Source: an uncultured Acidobacteriaceae bacterium (GTDB taxonomy: Bacteria; Acidobacteriota; Terriglobia; Terriglobales; Acidobacteriaceae). From it: DNA of 64,000 nt. Shown here one piece after another: positions 36,070-46,192 of the stretch. The stretch lies in the NCBI GenBank assembly GCA_963834205.1, contig CAWIBI010000055.1, forward strand, positions 162 through 64,161, in the 5' to 3' direction. The notes under the pieces were generated by a model that was not told where the DNA came from, ran no database searches, and worked only from the letters and a program-made list of their open reading frames with translations. How positions within the stretch are numbered: position 1 is the stretch's first letter; every line of letters starts with the position of its first letter. The position numbers and the translations under genes are program-made.

Positions 36070-38676
36070 ATGAAGAGAGCTGTATTGGGATGGCTTTGCG
36101 CCCTCTTCATACTCTCCGCCAGCAGTTTGTGTGGCCGATCCCTGCAAACCGTTCAGCCCGGTTCAATTTATTCCGGGCCGCCGCCTAAGACTCCCGTCTC
36201 GATCAACAGCTTAATCCCTCCTGACCAGCGGATTTCGCCGATGCCATTGGCCGAGCGTATCCGTCTTGCCGCCGTTCCCAGGCGCGGAATGTGCAGCACC
36301 GTGCCCGCCGAAAGAGCGGATGACGCCCTCCTCACCGGCGATGGCAAAATGTGGGTTGAGGTGTACGGAAATCCCCTCGCCGAGCAAGTCGTTTTCCACC
36401 AGGAGCGTATTCTGCAACCGTGGAAGAGCCATCCCCTGGAGGCGCCGAAGATTGCCTCCGTGCTTCCCGAGGTTCGCCGATTAATGCTCAATGGCGAGTA
36501 CAAAGAAGGTCTTGACCTCTCGCTGGCGGCTGCGGAAAAGACCGAAACCAAACCTGGAACGGACAACCTGAAAGACCATCCTGCTTTTGATATGCGGATC
36601 GACGTGCCTGGCCGCCACGCCGTCGAGGACTACCTGCGGACGACTGATTTCGAAAGCGGAGAAGTGAAAGTCGTCTGGAGAGACAACGACGGTGTTTGGC
36701 AGCGGCGCACTTTTGTCTCGCGTCCCGACAACGTTGTGGTTCAGCTGCTCACTCCGCCGAACCACGGCGTCATCAACGCGACGCTCCAGCTCGACACCTC
36801 GATGGTGCTGCCTGAGCGTCCGCCGACGAGTCCCGCGCACCGCATCATCGGACGAGGTGTCCAGTCAGGAGTCTCTCACGAACCTGGCGCGGATCACATC
36901 CACTTTGCGCGCAGCTTCGATGATCGCCACATGATCCTTCAGGGCCACTACGTGGTCGAACATGGCAACCCCGGTTATGCCAGCGTTACGCGAGTCATCG
37001 CGGATGGGGGCTCGGTCAAGCCCGGGGATGACTCGCTGGTGCTTCGAGGCGTACGCTCGCTGACCTTGATCACTCGCGTCGAAGCCTACGCCAACCTGCA
37101 GCAGCAGGAGGTAGATACGTTGAGCGGAGCCGTCGACGGCATGGTCCCGGACTACCAGGAGTTGTTGAACCGGCATCGCCCGACGCAGGCTAGCGTGATC
37201 GATCGCGCCTCCTTAGATTTGGGAGGCGCCTCGTTTCACTCCATGAGTGGTGAGGAGCTGCTGACTGACCAGCGAACCCGCTTCGGATACAACCCGGCCC
37301 TGCTGGAGGACCTATTCGATATGGGCCGATACTGGCTCTATTTGCGCAGCGGCGACTTTCCTCCCATGTGGGGCCACGTAAACATCAATGTGAACCTCCA
37401 GATCTCCGGCGCCGTTATGGGTAATTTGCCGGAAGCGATGAAGGCTTACGTTCATTGGGTAGAGGCCTTGATGCCGGATGCCAAGACGAATGCTGCGAAT
37501 ATTTTTGGCGCACGCGGCGCGCTTTTTGGAATCCACCCGACCGTCGAGGGGGATCCACTCACTCACTTTGACTACACCTGGCCTCACCACTATTGGATCT
37601 CCGGCGGTGGATGGATGTACAGCCCACTCTGGGACTACTACCTGGCCACCGGTGACCGGCAGTTCCTGAGTGAACACGTTCTACCCGGGCTTAAGCAGAT
37701 TGCACTCTTCTATGAGGACTACCTGACGGAAAAGGACAAGGACGGGAACTTCATCTTTGTTCCGTCGTACTCTCCGGAGAACTGGCCCAGCAACACGCAA
37801 AACTCTCCGGCAGTGATCAACGCGACCATGGACATCATGGTCTGCCGCGAGGTGTTCACCCATCTCATCGCGGCGTCGGAGATCCTCGGGGTTGAAGGCG
37901 AGAATATCCCGAGATGGCAGGCGATCTTAGCGAAGCTGCCGCCTTACCTTCTGGATTCCGACGGGGCCTTGAAGGAATGGGATTGGCCGAGCATACAGGA
38001 AGCGCTGGACCATCGGCACGTTTCTCACCTGTACGGGGCATGGCCCTCCGACGAAATAACCCCCGACAGCACACCGGACCTGGCGCGCGCCGCCTGGCTT
38101 GCGGCCAGGAAGCGGGGGCAGGGAAATGCTTCTGCTCACGGCCTTTTGCATCGTTCACTGGCGGCGGCGAGACTCAAGGATTCCTACCTGGTGAACTTCG
38201 ATCTGAAGCAGTTACTGGAGCAGGGCTACATCAATCCCAGCCTCACCACGCTGCACAACCCCTACGCCTTTCCATCGCCCGATCCACAGGGTGGCATCCC
38301 GACGCTCATGATGGAGATGCTGGTCTACTCTCGTCCCGGCGTGATTGGGCTGCTTCCGGCTGCACCCGATTCTCTGCCTGAAGGAGACGTAAAAGGCATT
38401 GTGTGCCGGACCCAGGCGAAGATCGAGGACTTAACCTGGAACCTGGCGACGAAGAAGATAGACGTGACCATCAGCTCAGGTTTAGATCAAACCATCAAAC
38501 TCTTTGTCCGACGGGGGATTGAAAGCGTAGATGCACCCGAAGGTGTCCTGGCCGCACCTGCGGCGGCAGGCTCGGAGGATTGCACTGTGCGGCTGGCTGC
38601 ATCGCACCCGGTCACGCTGCACTTCACCATAGGGAATCAGGATCGTTCGAGCTGGATCAAAAGAGTTGGCCAGTAG
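36070..38676 (+). CDS. Glycoside hydrolase, GH95-like (alpha-L-fucosidase/galactosidase family)
   Basis: 868-aa ORF with signal peptide. HVNINVNLQISGAVMGNLPE, SYSPENWP and DHRHVSHLYGAWPSDEI resemble GH95 catalytic-domain motifs. Confidence 0.65.
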   Translation: MKRAVLGWLCALFILSASSLCGRSLQTVQPGSIYSGPPPKTPVSINSLIPPDQRISPMPLAERIRLAAVPRRGMCSTVPAERADDALLTGDGKMWVEVYGNPLAEQVVFHQERILQPWKSHPLEAPKIASVLPEVRRLMLNGEYKEGLDLSLAAAEKTETKPGTDNLKDHPAFDMRIDVPGRHAVEDYLRTTDFESGEVKVVWRDNDGVWQRRTFVSRPDNVVVQLLTPPNHGVINATLQLDTSMVLPERPPTSPAHRIIGRGVQSGVSHEPGADHIHFARSFDDRHMILQGHYVVEHGNPGYASVTRVIADGGSVKPGDDSLVLRGVRSLTLITRVEAYANLQQQEVDTLSGAVDGMVPDYQELLNRHRPTQASVIDRASLDLGGASFHSMSGEELLTDQRTRFGYNPALLEDLFDMGRYWLYLRSGDFPPMWGHVNINVNLQISGAVMGNLPEAMKAYVHWVEALMPDAKTNAANIFGARGALFGIHPTVEGDPLTHFDYTWPHHYWISGGGWMYSPLWDYYLATGDRQFLSEHVLPGLKQIALFYEDYLTEKDKDGNFIFVPSYSPENWPSNTQNSPAVINATMDIMVCREVFTHLIAASEILGVEGENIPRWQAILAKLPPYLLDSDGALKEWDWPSIQEALDHRHVSHLYGAWPSDEITPDSTPDLARAAWLAARKRGQGNASAHGLLHRSLAAARLKDSYLVNFDLKQLLEQGYINPSLTTLHNPYAFPSPDPQGGIPTLMMEMLVYSRPGVIGLLPAAPDSLPEGDVKGIVCRTQAKIEDLTWNLATKKIDVTISSGLDQTIKLFVRRGIESVDAPEGVLAAPAAAGSEDCTVRLAASHPVTLHFTIGNQDRSSWIKRVGQ

Positions 38677-38705
38677 TTTCGCATACACTACAACCGGGCA
38701 TCGCG

Positions 38706-40307
38706 ATGGGTTTTGTTTCAGACCGGCGGATCTGTGCACTGGCCATCGCCTTTCTGCTTTTTTCCGATGGCTTGCTAAGCTTGTCGCAGCAGCCATCGGG
38801 GAATGCCGCTGCTCTGCTGGCGCAAGGCAAGCAGGCTGAGGACCGGGGTGAGTTTCCCCAGGCCCTCGGCGACTACGAAGCGGCCCTCCTAGCAGATCCC
38901 AACAATGCCGAAGTGAACTTCAAAATTGGTTTGCTCAAGGGCCAGTTTGGCGATTTCACTGGAGCGGCGGCAGCCTTTCAAGCTGCGCTACAGACTGCCC
39001 CGAACTTTGCCAAGGCGCACTACAACCTGGGGCTGACGATGGTTGCCGCGTCCGGGAATACTCCGCAGTGGGCGCGCGCCCTGGCCGAGTTCAGAGCAGC
39101 CCTGGCGTTGCAGCCGGATTATGCAGAAGCGCGGAACATGGTGGGCGTGGGCTTGCTCGAAACGGGTGATCCGGCGAAGGCAATTCCTCAATTCAGATCC
39201 GCCCTTTTGCTCGATCCCAACTCGGCCGCAATCCATTTCAACCTGGGCAGGGCGCTGCAAGCCTCTGAAAATTCTTCCGAGGCATCCACCGAATATCTGA
39301 CTGCGATCAAGATCAAAGGGAACTACCCGGAGGCAGAAAACGCCCTGGGCAGTCTGTTGTTCGCTCGGGGGGATTATCCTGCCGCGGCGACACACTTCCA
39401 GGCAGCGTTAGCTATCGATCCCGATCTGGAAGGCGCTCATTATGGGTTGGCCAAGGTCCTTCGATCTCAAGGCAAGAGTGCGGAAGCCAAGATCGAGTTG
39501 AGACAGGTGAGCGCGCTCACCCAGCGACCATCCGATGCTATAAGGTCATCCTACCTAAGCAACGAGAGTCTGGAACTTGCCAAGAAAGGTGATTTTGCGG
39601 GGGGGATCCAATCGGCGAGGGAAGCGCTGGCGCTGCAGCCCGAAAATGCGATCGCGCATTACAACCTCGGGCTTTTGTTGGCTGATTCAGGTGACTTGCA
39701 TTCCGCGATGCTCGAGCTTCGCAAGGCTCTTTCGCTGGCGCCTCTGCAATGCTCTTTTTATTTGGATCTTTCCAGGATGCAAGAGAAGGCGAATGATCGC
39801 GAGGCCGCAATCGATAGCGTTCGCCGGGCGGCCCTTCTCTGTCCTGCCAAGCCGGCCCTCGAGACAAGACTCAAATTGCTCCAGGCCTCCGCCGTGGAAA
39901 AACCGGCGCCCTCAAGCAGTAAAGCTCTGTTTCCTTACGGTGCGCCTACGGATACAGCGACGGATCATTTTGCATTTGCCACACAGTTGAGCAAGGAGGG
40001 AGATCTACCGGGCGTGATCGGCGAACTGCTAAGGGCGGTGGCGCTGCAACCGCGGCGCAGCGACCTCCGCTACAACCTGGCCGTCGCCTATATCCAGAGT
40101 GGGCAATACGATAAAGCAGAGCTGGAGCTGAGGAAAGTCCTCCGGCCCTCTCCGGACTCTGTGGAAGCGCACCTTGCCCTGGGCAGCTTGCTTCTTCAAA
40201 ATAAGGACGACGTTGCCGCGGCTCAAGAGTTTCGCCGGGTTCTGGCTTTGCAGCCAGGCAATCAGGAGGCAGCGCGGCTGTTGAGCCAGTGCCAGGAGAG
40301 CCACTAG
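38706..40307 (+). CDS. Secreted TPR protein
   Basis: The track ORF starts at 38580, inside the GH95 gene. The ATG at 38706 gives MGFVSDRRICALAIAFLLFSDGLLSLSQQ (signal). TPR signatures throughout. Confidence 0.8.
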   Translation: MGFVSDRRICALAIAFLLFSDGLLSLSQQPSGNAAALLAQGKQAEDRGEFPQALGDYEAALLADPNNAEVNFKIGLLKGQFGDFTGAAAAFQAALQTAPNFAKAHYNLGLTMVAASGNTPQWARALAEFRAALALQPDYAEARNMVGVGLLETGDPAKAIPQFRSALLLDPNSAAIHFNLGRALQASENSSEASTEYLTAIKIKGNYPEAENALGSLLFARGDYPAAATHFQAALAIDPDLEGAHYGLAKVLRSQGKSAEAKIELRQVSALTQRPSDAIRSSYLSNESLELAKKGDFAGGIQSAREALALQPENAIAHYNLGLLLADSGDLHSAMLELRKALSLAPLQCSFYLDLSRMQEKANDREAAIDSVRRAALLCPAKPALETRLKLLQASAVEKPAPSSSKALFPYGAPTDTATDHFAFATQLSKEGDLPGVIGELLRAVALQPRRSDLRYNLAVAYIQSGQYDKAELELRKVLRPSPDSVEAHLALGSLLLQNKDDVAAAQEFRRVLALQPGNQEAARLLSQCQESH

Positions 40308-40388
40308 TGTATGCGCTACGCAGATGGACGTTTACCCTGGGGCAAAAAACATTTCCAGGAATCCAATGATAACCACCCAGATGTTGTT

Positions 40389-40465
40389 CATTCCTCCCTC
40401 AACTTGCCGCATGCAAGTTAGTTACCCGGGATATACAGCCAGGACGGACGAATCGGTTTAGTGCC
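40389..40465. repeat. Dispersed 77-nt repeat with internal hairpin, copy 2
   Basis: Matches 20130-20206 (see that feature). Confidence 0.65.
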
Positions 40466-40476
40466 CACATGATGAT

Positions 40477-42552
40477 CTACTGGACTCCGCTTCGATGAAA
40501 TCGCAAAACTACGACACTGGCGTGAGGGAAGGTATAGTTGGTTGTCTTACCTGCCGCAGGATGATCGGTGGTAACACCCACAGCATCCGGCTCGTCCTCG
40601 TCGTTCCGGTTATAAATGCTGGGGGCGGTGATGGTCTTAGCGGTCGCCTCGGGCCTCGGTTCGAAGCCTTGCAGCGAAATAACAGCTCGGTAGTCGCGCT
40701 GGAGACTGCGATTGACACAAAATAGCGCCAGGTCCCCATCGGCCAGCAGCGCTGCGCGCACGTCCAGCCAGGGAACGTCCTGAATCTCCGGCAGCCGGCT
40801 GACGCCGTGCTCCACAGAATAAACAGGTGCGTCGCTGTCGAGCGCAAGTAGCTTTTGCGGGGCAGCCTCAGCATAGGTGCGCAACACCCAATATGCCGGC
40901 GCGGCGTAGACCTGCTCGCGCCGCTTCCAGATTCCCGCGAACTCCAGAATGCCGGTCATATCGGAGATGGGAACGATCTCCGAGTGGTCCAGCAGCATAT
41001 TCAGAAATCCCCCGGTGATGACTGCGCCTCCCATATTGTTGAAGTCCGGCGCGGCGTGAGTGCCGAGCTGACGGTTGCCCACCCAAAGCCATTCGGTGAA
41101 GGCGATTTTGGTGTCGTGGTGGCCGGCTTGTTGAATCTGCTCGGTCATCTGACCGAGCTTTGTCCCCAGGCCGACCGGCATGGCGAAGGCCGCCTGCGCG
41201 ATAAAGTCGTTGGAAGGATCGTGCAACTGGACATTGTCGGTGGTGACGACAAAATGGGTGGAGAGATAGTTGAAAGTGCCAGGTGAATTTTTGAGCTGTA
41301 CAGCGTTCCATTCGCGGAAGTTATCAGGGTCTGCACCAGTTGCGATCAAGCGCGAATTGGGGTCAACCTTGCGCACCGCCTCGCTGAAAATACGGGTGCG
41401 GTCGCCGATCTGATCGCGAGCCGGGTAGCCGGTGTTCCAGTTGCCCCAGAGTTCGTTGCCCAGCTCCCACAGCAACCCACCCTGCTTGTCGCCCCAGTGT
41501 TGGTCGACGTAATTGACCCAGCCGGCGGCCTCTTCAGGGGTGCCGGTGCCAAGGTTCAAGGCGATCTGCGGCTGGGCATGCACGAGCTCGCAGAAGCGGA
41601 GGAACTCATCCGTGCCGAAGGTGTTGTACTCCGGGATTCCCCACGCGAGGTTCAGCCTGCCGACACGCTTGTCGCGCGGCCCGATGCCGTCTCGCCAATG
41701 ATATCCGGAGGTAAAGTTGCCTCCGAAGCGAACAAGCGAAGGTTTCAGGTCGCGCGCCATCCGCACGACATCGGGATCCATGCCATCGATATTGTCGGCC
41801 GGCATCAGCGAGATCTGGTCGACCAGTGCGCGCGCGTCGCCCGACAGCGAAACCACAAAGTCCGCTGGTTCCAGACGGTATACATCCCCGGGTTTGAGCG
41901 TCAGGTGAAAGGCGGATCGCGTCCAATCGGAGCTGCTCGCGGTCACCTTCGCCTCGGCCAGAATTCGATCGTTGGCATTCCTCTTGCGGAGCGAGATCGA
42001 AAGCTCAGCCGGCCCGGAGAGATGCTTGATCCAGATGCTGCCGTCATATTCAAGAGTGCGCTGCACGGGCAGATAAATCTGCTGGCGAATGCCGGTCTCC
42101 CCGGTGGGCAACGCCATGATCTCCAGCGAGCGGCTGGAGTTGGCTGCATCGCCCCAGCGCGGCTCGTAGCGATTGCCCTGGTTGGAGACAAGCGGCTCCC
42201 AGGGCAGTGGCAACCCAAGGTCCGATCCCCGCAACAGTTCGGGCCGATCGCGCTCCATGCGCATCGCTGCGGAGGCGCTCCACAAGCCGTCCTCCAGGCT
42301 GCCGTTCTCCAGCAGCTCGGCCCACAGGCCTCCATAGGTCGAGCGGCCTATCGGCTCGAGGAAACTTCCAAAGATGGTCGCCGGGATTGGCTGCGCTGCT
42401 GGACGCTCGGCGTGGACCTGGATGTGCACCTCGGCATTCTTGTCAGCTTGCGGTGTGTGGTCGGTGATCTGGCCGTAAAGATTGGAGCCGAGGGCGATGA
42501 GCGCAATAGGAAGTATCCGGCTGAACGGTTCTCTCAGAGTGGCAGTGAGCAT
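40477..42552 (-). CDS. GH51 alpha-L-arabinofuranosidase-like
   Basis: The ATG at 42550-42552 gives MLTATLREPFSRILPIALIALGSNLYGQ (signal); the longer track ORF to 42834 is probably an over-extension. VRFGGNFTSGYHWRDGIGPRDKR, WELGNELWGNWN (acid/base) and IAFTEW (nucleophile) match GH51 motifs. Confidence 0.75.
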   Translation of the reverse strand: MLTATLREPFSRILPIALIALGSNLYGQITDHTPQADKNAEVHIQVHAERPAAQPIPATIFGSFLEPIGRSTYGGLWAELLENGSLEDGLWSASAAMRMERDRPELLRGSDLGLPLPWEPLVSNQGNRYEPRWGDAANSSRSLEIMALPTGETGIRQQIYLPVQRTLEYDGSIWIKHLSGPAELSISLRKRNANDRILAEAKVTASSSDWTRSAFHLTLKPGDVYRLEPADFVVSLSGDARALVDQISLMPADNIDGMDPDVVRMARDLKPSLVRFGGNFTSGYHWRDGIGPRDKRVGRLNLAWGIPEYNTFGTDEFLRFCELVHAQPQIALNLGTGTPEEAAGWVNYVDQHWGDKQGGLLWELGNELWGNWNTGYPARDQIGDRTRIFSEAVRKVDPNSRLIATGADPDNFREWNAVQLKNSPGTFNYLSTHFVVTTDNVQLHDPSNDFIAQAAFAMPVGLGTKLGQMTEQIQQAGHHDTKIAFTEWLWVGNRQLGTHAAPDFNNMGGAVITGGFLNMLLDHSEIVPISDMTGILEFAGIWKRREQVYAAPAYWVLRTYAEAAPQKLLALDSDAPVYSVEHGVSRLPEIQDVPWLDVRAALLADGDLALFCVNRSLQRDYRAVISLQGFEPRPEATAKTITAPSIYNRNDEDEPDAVGVTTDHPAAGKTTNYTFPHASVVVLRFHRSGVQ

Positions 42553-42748
42553 GAAAGTGCGATCCTTTGATGCGATGCTGGACTCGTCTGCTGCGAGCGA
42601 ATCGCAGTATAGTCGCGCCCTGGAGACGGAGCACCGTTCACCTGAACTAGAGCAGACCTTCGCCCCACTTATATACACTGAATATCCCAGGCGGACCAGA
42701 GCCTGGGTTCCGGTGAAGAAGGTATCTGAATCGCTGGGTTCCGCGCGC

Positions 42749-43684
42749 ATGACGACCATTGCCAGCACTTTGCTGCTGACCCTGATGTTCTGGGAGGGGA
42801 GGGGCCTCTGCGCCGCCCAGACGATTGCTCCCAAGGATGAATCTGCCAGTCATCTTGCACAAGCGAAAGCTGATCTCGAACACGGGCGGTTTGCCGAGGC
42901 CGAAAAAATCTTGCGGGACCGCCTGGCTGACCAGGGCTCAGAAGTTGAGGCACGATACCTTCTCGCCTACGCGCTCTTCAGGGAGAACAGACCCGCTGAC
43001 TCGCTTAAGGAGTACACTGAGGCGGCGCGACAGCGAGCCCCGCGTGCGACAGAACTCAAAACTGTCGCGCTTGATTATGTATTACTTAATGACTACGACG
43101 ACGCTGAGCATTGGGCCCGTTATTCCTTGTCGCTCGACGGGAATGACGGCGAAACCTGGTATGAGTTTGGGCGGATCGAGTACACCCTCAACCACTTTCC
43201 GGCTGCCGTGGACGCTTTTCTGCGCGCACTGCAGCTCGATCCTGTTTCAGTAAAGGCAGAAAACAATCTCGGTCTTACGTTCGAGGCTCTCAATCGGACA
43301 GACGAAGCGCTGGCCGCCTATCGGACAGCGATCGCGATGCAGGCCTCATCTCAGCATCCCAGTGAACAGCCGCTGCTGAACCTTGCGCGAGTGCTGATCG
43401 ATCGCAACCACCTCGACGAGGCTTCGCCCCTGCTGCAACAAGCCGCACAAATCGCCCCCCGCGACTGGAAAATCCTGGCTCAACTGGGAAGACTGTACTC
43501 TGAAAAGGGAGAGCTGAGCGCTGCCCGCGAGGCGCTGGAGCAAGCAGTGGCCATCGAGCCAAAGATGGCGTCGCTGCACTTCCAGCTTGGACAGGTTTAC
43601 AGAAAGAGCGGCGCGCCGGAAAAAGCGAACCAAGAGTTCGCAACGACCAAGGATCTGCTGGGCACAACCTCCTCTTCAAAGTAA
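42749..43684 (+). CDS. Secreted TPR protein
   Basis: The ATG at 42749 gives MTTIASTLLLTLMFWEGRGLCAAQ. The upstream part of the track ORF is antisense to GH51. TPR signatures throughout. Confidence 0.75.
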   Translation: MTTIASTLLLTLMFWEGRGLCAAQTIAPKDESASHLAQAKADLEHGRFAEAEKILRDRLADQGSEVEARYLLAYALFRENRPADSLKEYTEAARQRAPRATELKTVALDYVLLNDYDDAEHWARYSLSLDGNDGETWYEFGRIEYTLNHFPAAVDAFLRALQLDPVSVKAENNLGLTFEALNRTDEALAAYRTAIAMQASSQHPSEQPLLNLARVLIDRNHLDEASPLLQQAAQIAPRDWKILAQLGRLYSEKGELSAAREALEQAVAIEPKMASLHFQLGQVYRKSGAPEKANQEFATTKDLLGTTSSSK

Positions 43685-43861
43685 CGATCATTCACAGCTA
43701 CAGGAAGAAGCGTAATGGAAACGAAGGCGACGAGGCTCGCCACATACCCCGAGATTTTTTAAAAAAAAAGGCTCTTGGCTGTGAGCGGATTGTTATCGGG
43801 ATTTCGCATTTCTAGCTGACGGGCAAAAGTCAGCGTTGCGCTATCCGGATATGGGGCTGGC

Positions 43862-45403
43862 CTAGGCAATCTGAATCAAAACTGCACTAAGGGCAGGAAC
43901 ATAGCACATGAGCTGGGTGCCACTCGGACTAAGGGAATAGGCAGCGGCGGGAGAGAATGTGCCGTCGTTGTTGACGCTGGCGCCCTGAATGGTGAAGCCC
44001 CCGGTTGCCGAAAGGTCGGGTGCATCGGCTCCTTGCGAGAGCTGGGTCAGCTCAAGGAGTGTGGCAGAAGTGGCGTTCTGGGGAAGCTGCGTGGTCAGCT
44101 GGAGGTTGTTGGTGGAGTCCTTGTTGACGACGACCAGGTTGAGGCCGCCCGAAGATGTGTGAACCGCGTAGGCGGTGACGTTGAGGTTTCCTACGGAGAG
44201 CTGTGTGGTGTACAGAGTACCCTGGCCGGCGAGCGTGAAGAAGAGTATGCCGTAGTACTCAGGCCGCGCTTCGACGACGGTGCCGTCGGAGGCGGCGATG
44301 GGCGTGTATCCGTCCCCGTCTCCGCCGCCATGGAAGTTGACCCCTGAGGCTCCGCCCTGCGCACAGTTGAAAAGGTAATCGATAACCCACAAGGAGGATG
44401 CGTAGGAATCGCTGACACCATCGGCGCCGCCATTGTAAAAGGAGTTGCACTCGGACATCCGGTAGGGCACGCCGATACCCTGGGCGCCGGTATTCAAGGT
44501 AGCCAATTCGCTGACAAGGTTGGAGTCGGGTGTGATGAGGTACGCCGCAGTAGAGGAGGGAGACTGACCATTGGCTCGGTAGTAATGCTGAGTAAGGAGG
44601 CTGATCTCATTCTTGGTTACGGTCTGGCCAAAGGGGATGGTCCAGGTGGAGAAGTGGCCGCCATCGGCGGGACCGGTGATGGCCACGCTGGGCGTTGTGG
44701 CGAGAATGGCGGTGCGGTATTGGCCCCAGAGTGTAAGGAACTCGGGGAGCAACCAGTTTCCCGCGTAATAGCCTCCCGAATTTCCGTAGAGGTCAGGTTC
44801 ATTGCCGATCTCGATTCCTAGCAAGGAGGAACCGAACTGCTCGTAGGCGTTTGCGACTTCTGCGGCTGCCAGAGCCGGATTGGTAGCGCCAGTTGCAGAT
44901 CCACCAAGATTAATGCCATAGAGACACTGCCAGCCTGTGGCCTTGACGAAAGCGGCGGCGGAGCCGACATCGCTGGGTGCGATCTGCCCCGCGGTCTGAC
45001 CGGGACCGTTGGGAGTCCAGACATTCCGGTCTACCGAGTTCCCGCCGATGCGGAGCACGCTTGTACCGAGACGCTTGAAGAGGCCGATGAGGTCGGTGTT
45101 CGAAGCAGTGAATAGCGGCTCGGTGAGCGAACTCTTCTCATAGGAAAGTCCAGCAAAGCCCGCGCCGATGGCGCCACTCGCGGTTGCAGTTACAGTCAAA
45201 GACGCTTGAATCGTGGGCCCAGTGGGCGTTGGCTGCGGATTTGTGGCAGCCGGCGGGCTTGCGCTTTCCGTGCTACTTGAAGAACCGCACCCAGAAAAGA
45301 TTGACGAGGCAGCAAAAGCTGCGGCGCCGTGCAAAACTTGGCGACGGCTGAGCGTGGACCGCACGACAGAGGGCATGGGGGATCTCCGGGCGTTTGTCCG
45401 CAA
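43862..45403 (-). CDS. GH79-like glycoside hydrolase (beta-glucuronidase/heparanase-like), Tat-lipoprotein signal
   Basis: SRRQVLHGAAAFAASSIFSGCGSS combines a Tat motif and a lipobox. LRIGGNSVD and IEIGNEPDLY are clan GH-A acid/base motifs. The C-terminal beta-rich domain is as in GH79. Confidence 0.65.
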   Translation of the reverse strand: MRTNARRSPMPSVVRSTLSRRQVLHGAAAFAASSIFSGCGSSSSTESASPPAATNPQPTPTGPTIQASLTVTATASGAIGAGFAGLSYEKSSLTEPLFTASNTDLIGLFKRLGTSVLRIGGNSVDRNVWTPNGPGQTAGQIAPSDVGSAAAFVKATGWQCLYGINLGGSATGATNPALAAAEVANAYEQFGSSLLGIEIGNEPDLYGNSGGYYAGNWLLPEFLTLWGQYRTAILATTPSVAITGPADGGHFSTWTIPFGQTVTKNEISLLTQHYYRANGQSPSSTAAYLITPDSNLVSELATLNTGAQGIGVPYRMSECNSFYNGGADGVSDSYASSLWVIDYLFNCAQGGASGVNFHGGGDGDGYTPIAASDGTVVEARPEYYGILFFTLAGQGTLYTTQLSVGNLNVTAYAVHTSSGGLNLVVVNKDSTNNLQLTTQLPQNATSATLLELTQLSQGADAPDLSATGGFTIQGASVNNDGTFSPAAAYSLSPSGTQLMCYVPALSAVLIQIA

Positions 45404-45542
45404 TCTCTTAAACCCACCGGGCGGAAAAAGTTGCTTCTCCTTCGAGGAGGCAATCCGGAAGTAATACCTCAGTTTGACGAAAACAGTGCCGTGAAAAGCC
45501 GATGGTCCACAGTGGGAGACATGGCAATAGGCAATCCTTTAC

Positions 45543-45601
45543 GGCCCGACTAAAGTCGTGCCCTGATACAAAACAAGGTTCTCACGCAGACTCTGAAGCC
45601 C
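45543..45601. repeat. Dispersed repeat modules (ggcccgactaaagtcgtgccYtgatacaa + ggttctcacgcagRctMtRaagccc), copy 1
   Basis: The same two modules recur at 47467-47543 in the opposite order. Confidence 0.65.
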
Positions 45602-45663
45602 GTACCCTTCAAAACGGATAACACAGCACTAGTCTTTCATCTGCTGTCACCCGAAGAACCAAG

Positions 45664-46164
45664 CTAGTTCTTGTCTCGCATACACGGAGTGAAGGTAAGC
45701 CCTATCAGCAGTCCATCTGAGTCGAGAAATCGGCTCACCGTCTGGCCCCACGGTTCTTTCCTATTCTTAACGAGCATCGGATACCCCTTCGATTCAAGCT
45801 GCGCTGTGGCACTCTCGACACTCTCCACATCGAATTCAAGCCAGGCGTGGGGCACCGGCAAACTACCAGGCCAGGTGGGGCTACCAAAACAAGACTCGGC
45901 AGCCTGCGAGAGTGGCCAAAGAGCGAAATGCTTTGCGCCCTGCAGAGCACTCGTATGGAGATAACCGCCGCTCTCCTCTTTGAAAGGAATCTCAAGAGCG
46001 TCAACGTAGAGTTTGCGGCTCGCATCTGCATCGCGGACGATGGGCCCAAAACCTGCGATGAAGAGAATTCCGGTTTTTCCCAGTGCTTGCATGACATCTT
46101 CCTCTCCTACGGCAAGAATTACTCCGACGGCCGCCATCCCGGCGATGAGCTCTCTTCTCCGCAT
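45664..46164 (-). CDS. VOC (glyoxalase/bleomycin-resistance/dioxygenase) superfamily protein
   Basis: The ATG at 46162-46164 gives MRRRELIAGMAAVGV (Tat-like). HAWLEFDVESVESATAQLESKGYPML...PWGQTVSRFLDSDGLLIGL resembles a VOC fold. Confidence 0.55.
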   Translation of the reverse strand: MRRRELIAGMAAVGVILAVGEEDVMQALGKTGILFIAGFGPIVRDADASRKLYVDALEIPFKEESGGYLHTSALQGAKHFALWPLSQAAESCFGSPTWPGSLPVPHAWLEFDVESVESATAQLESKGYPMLVKNRKEPWGQTVSRFLDSDGLLIGLTFTPCMRDKN

Positions 46165-46192
46165 GCAACCAACAGTAGCGCGGAGTAAAAGA

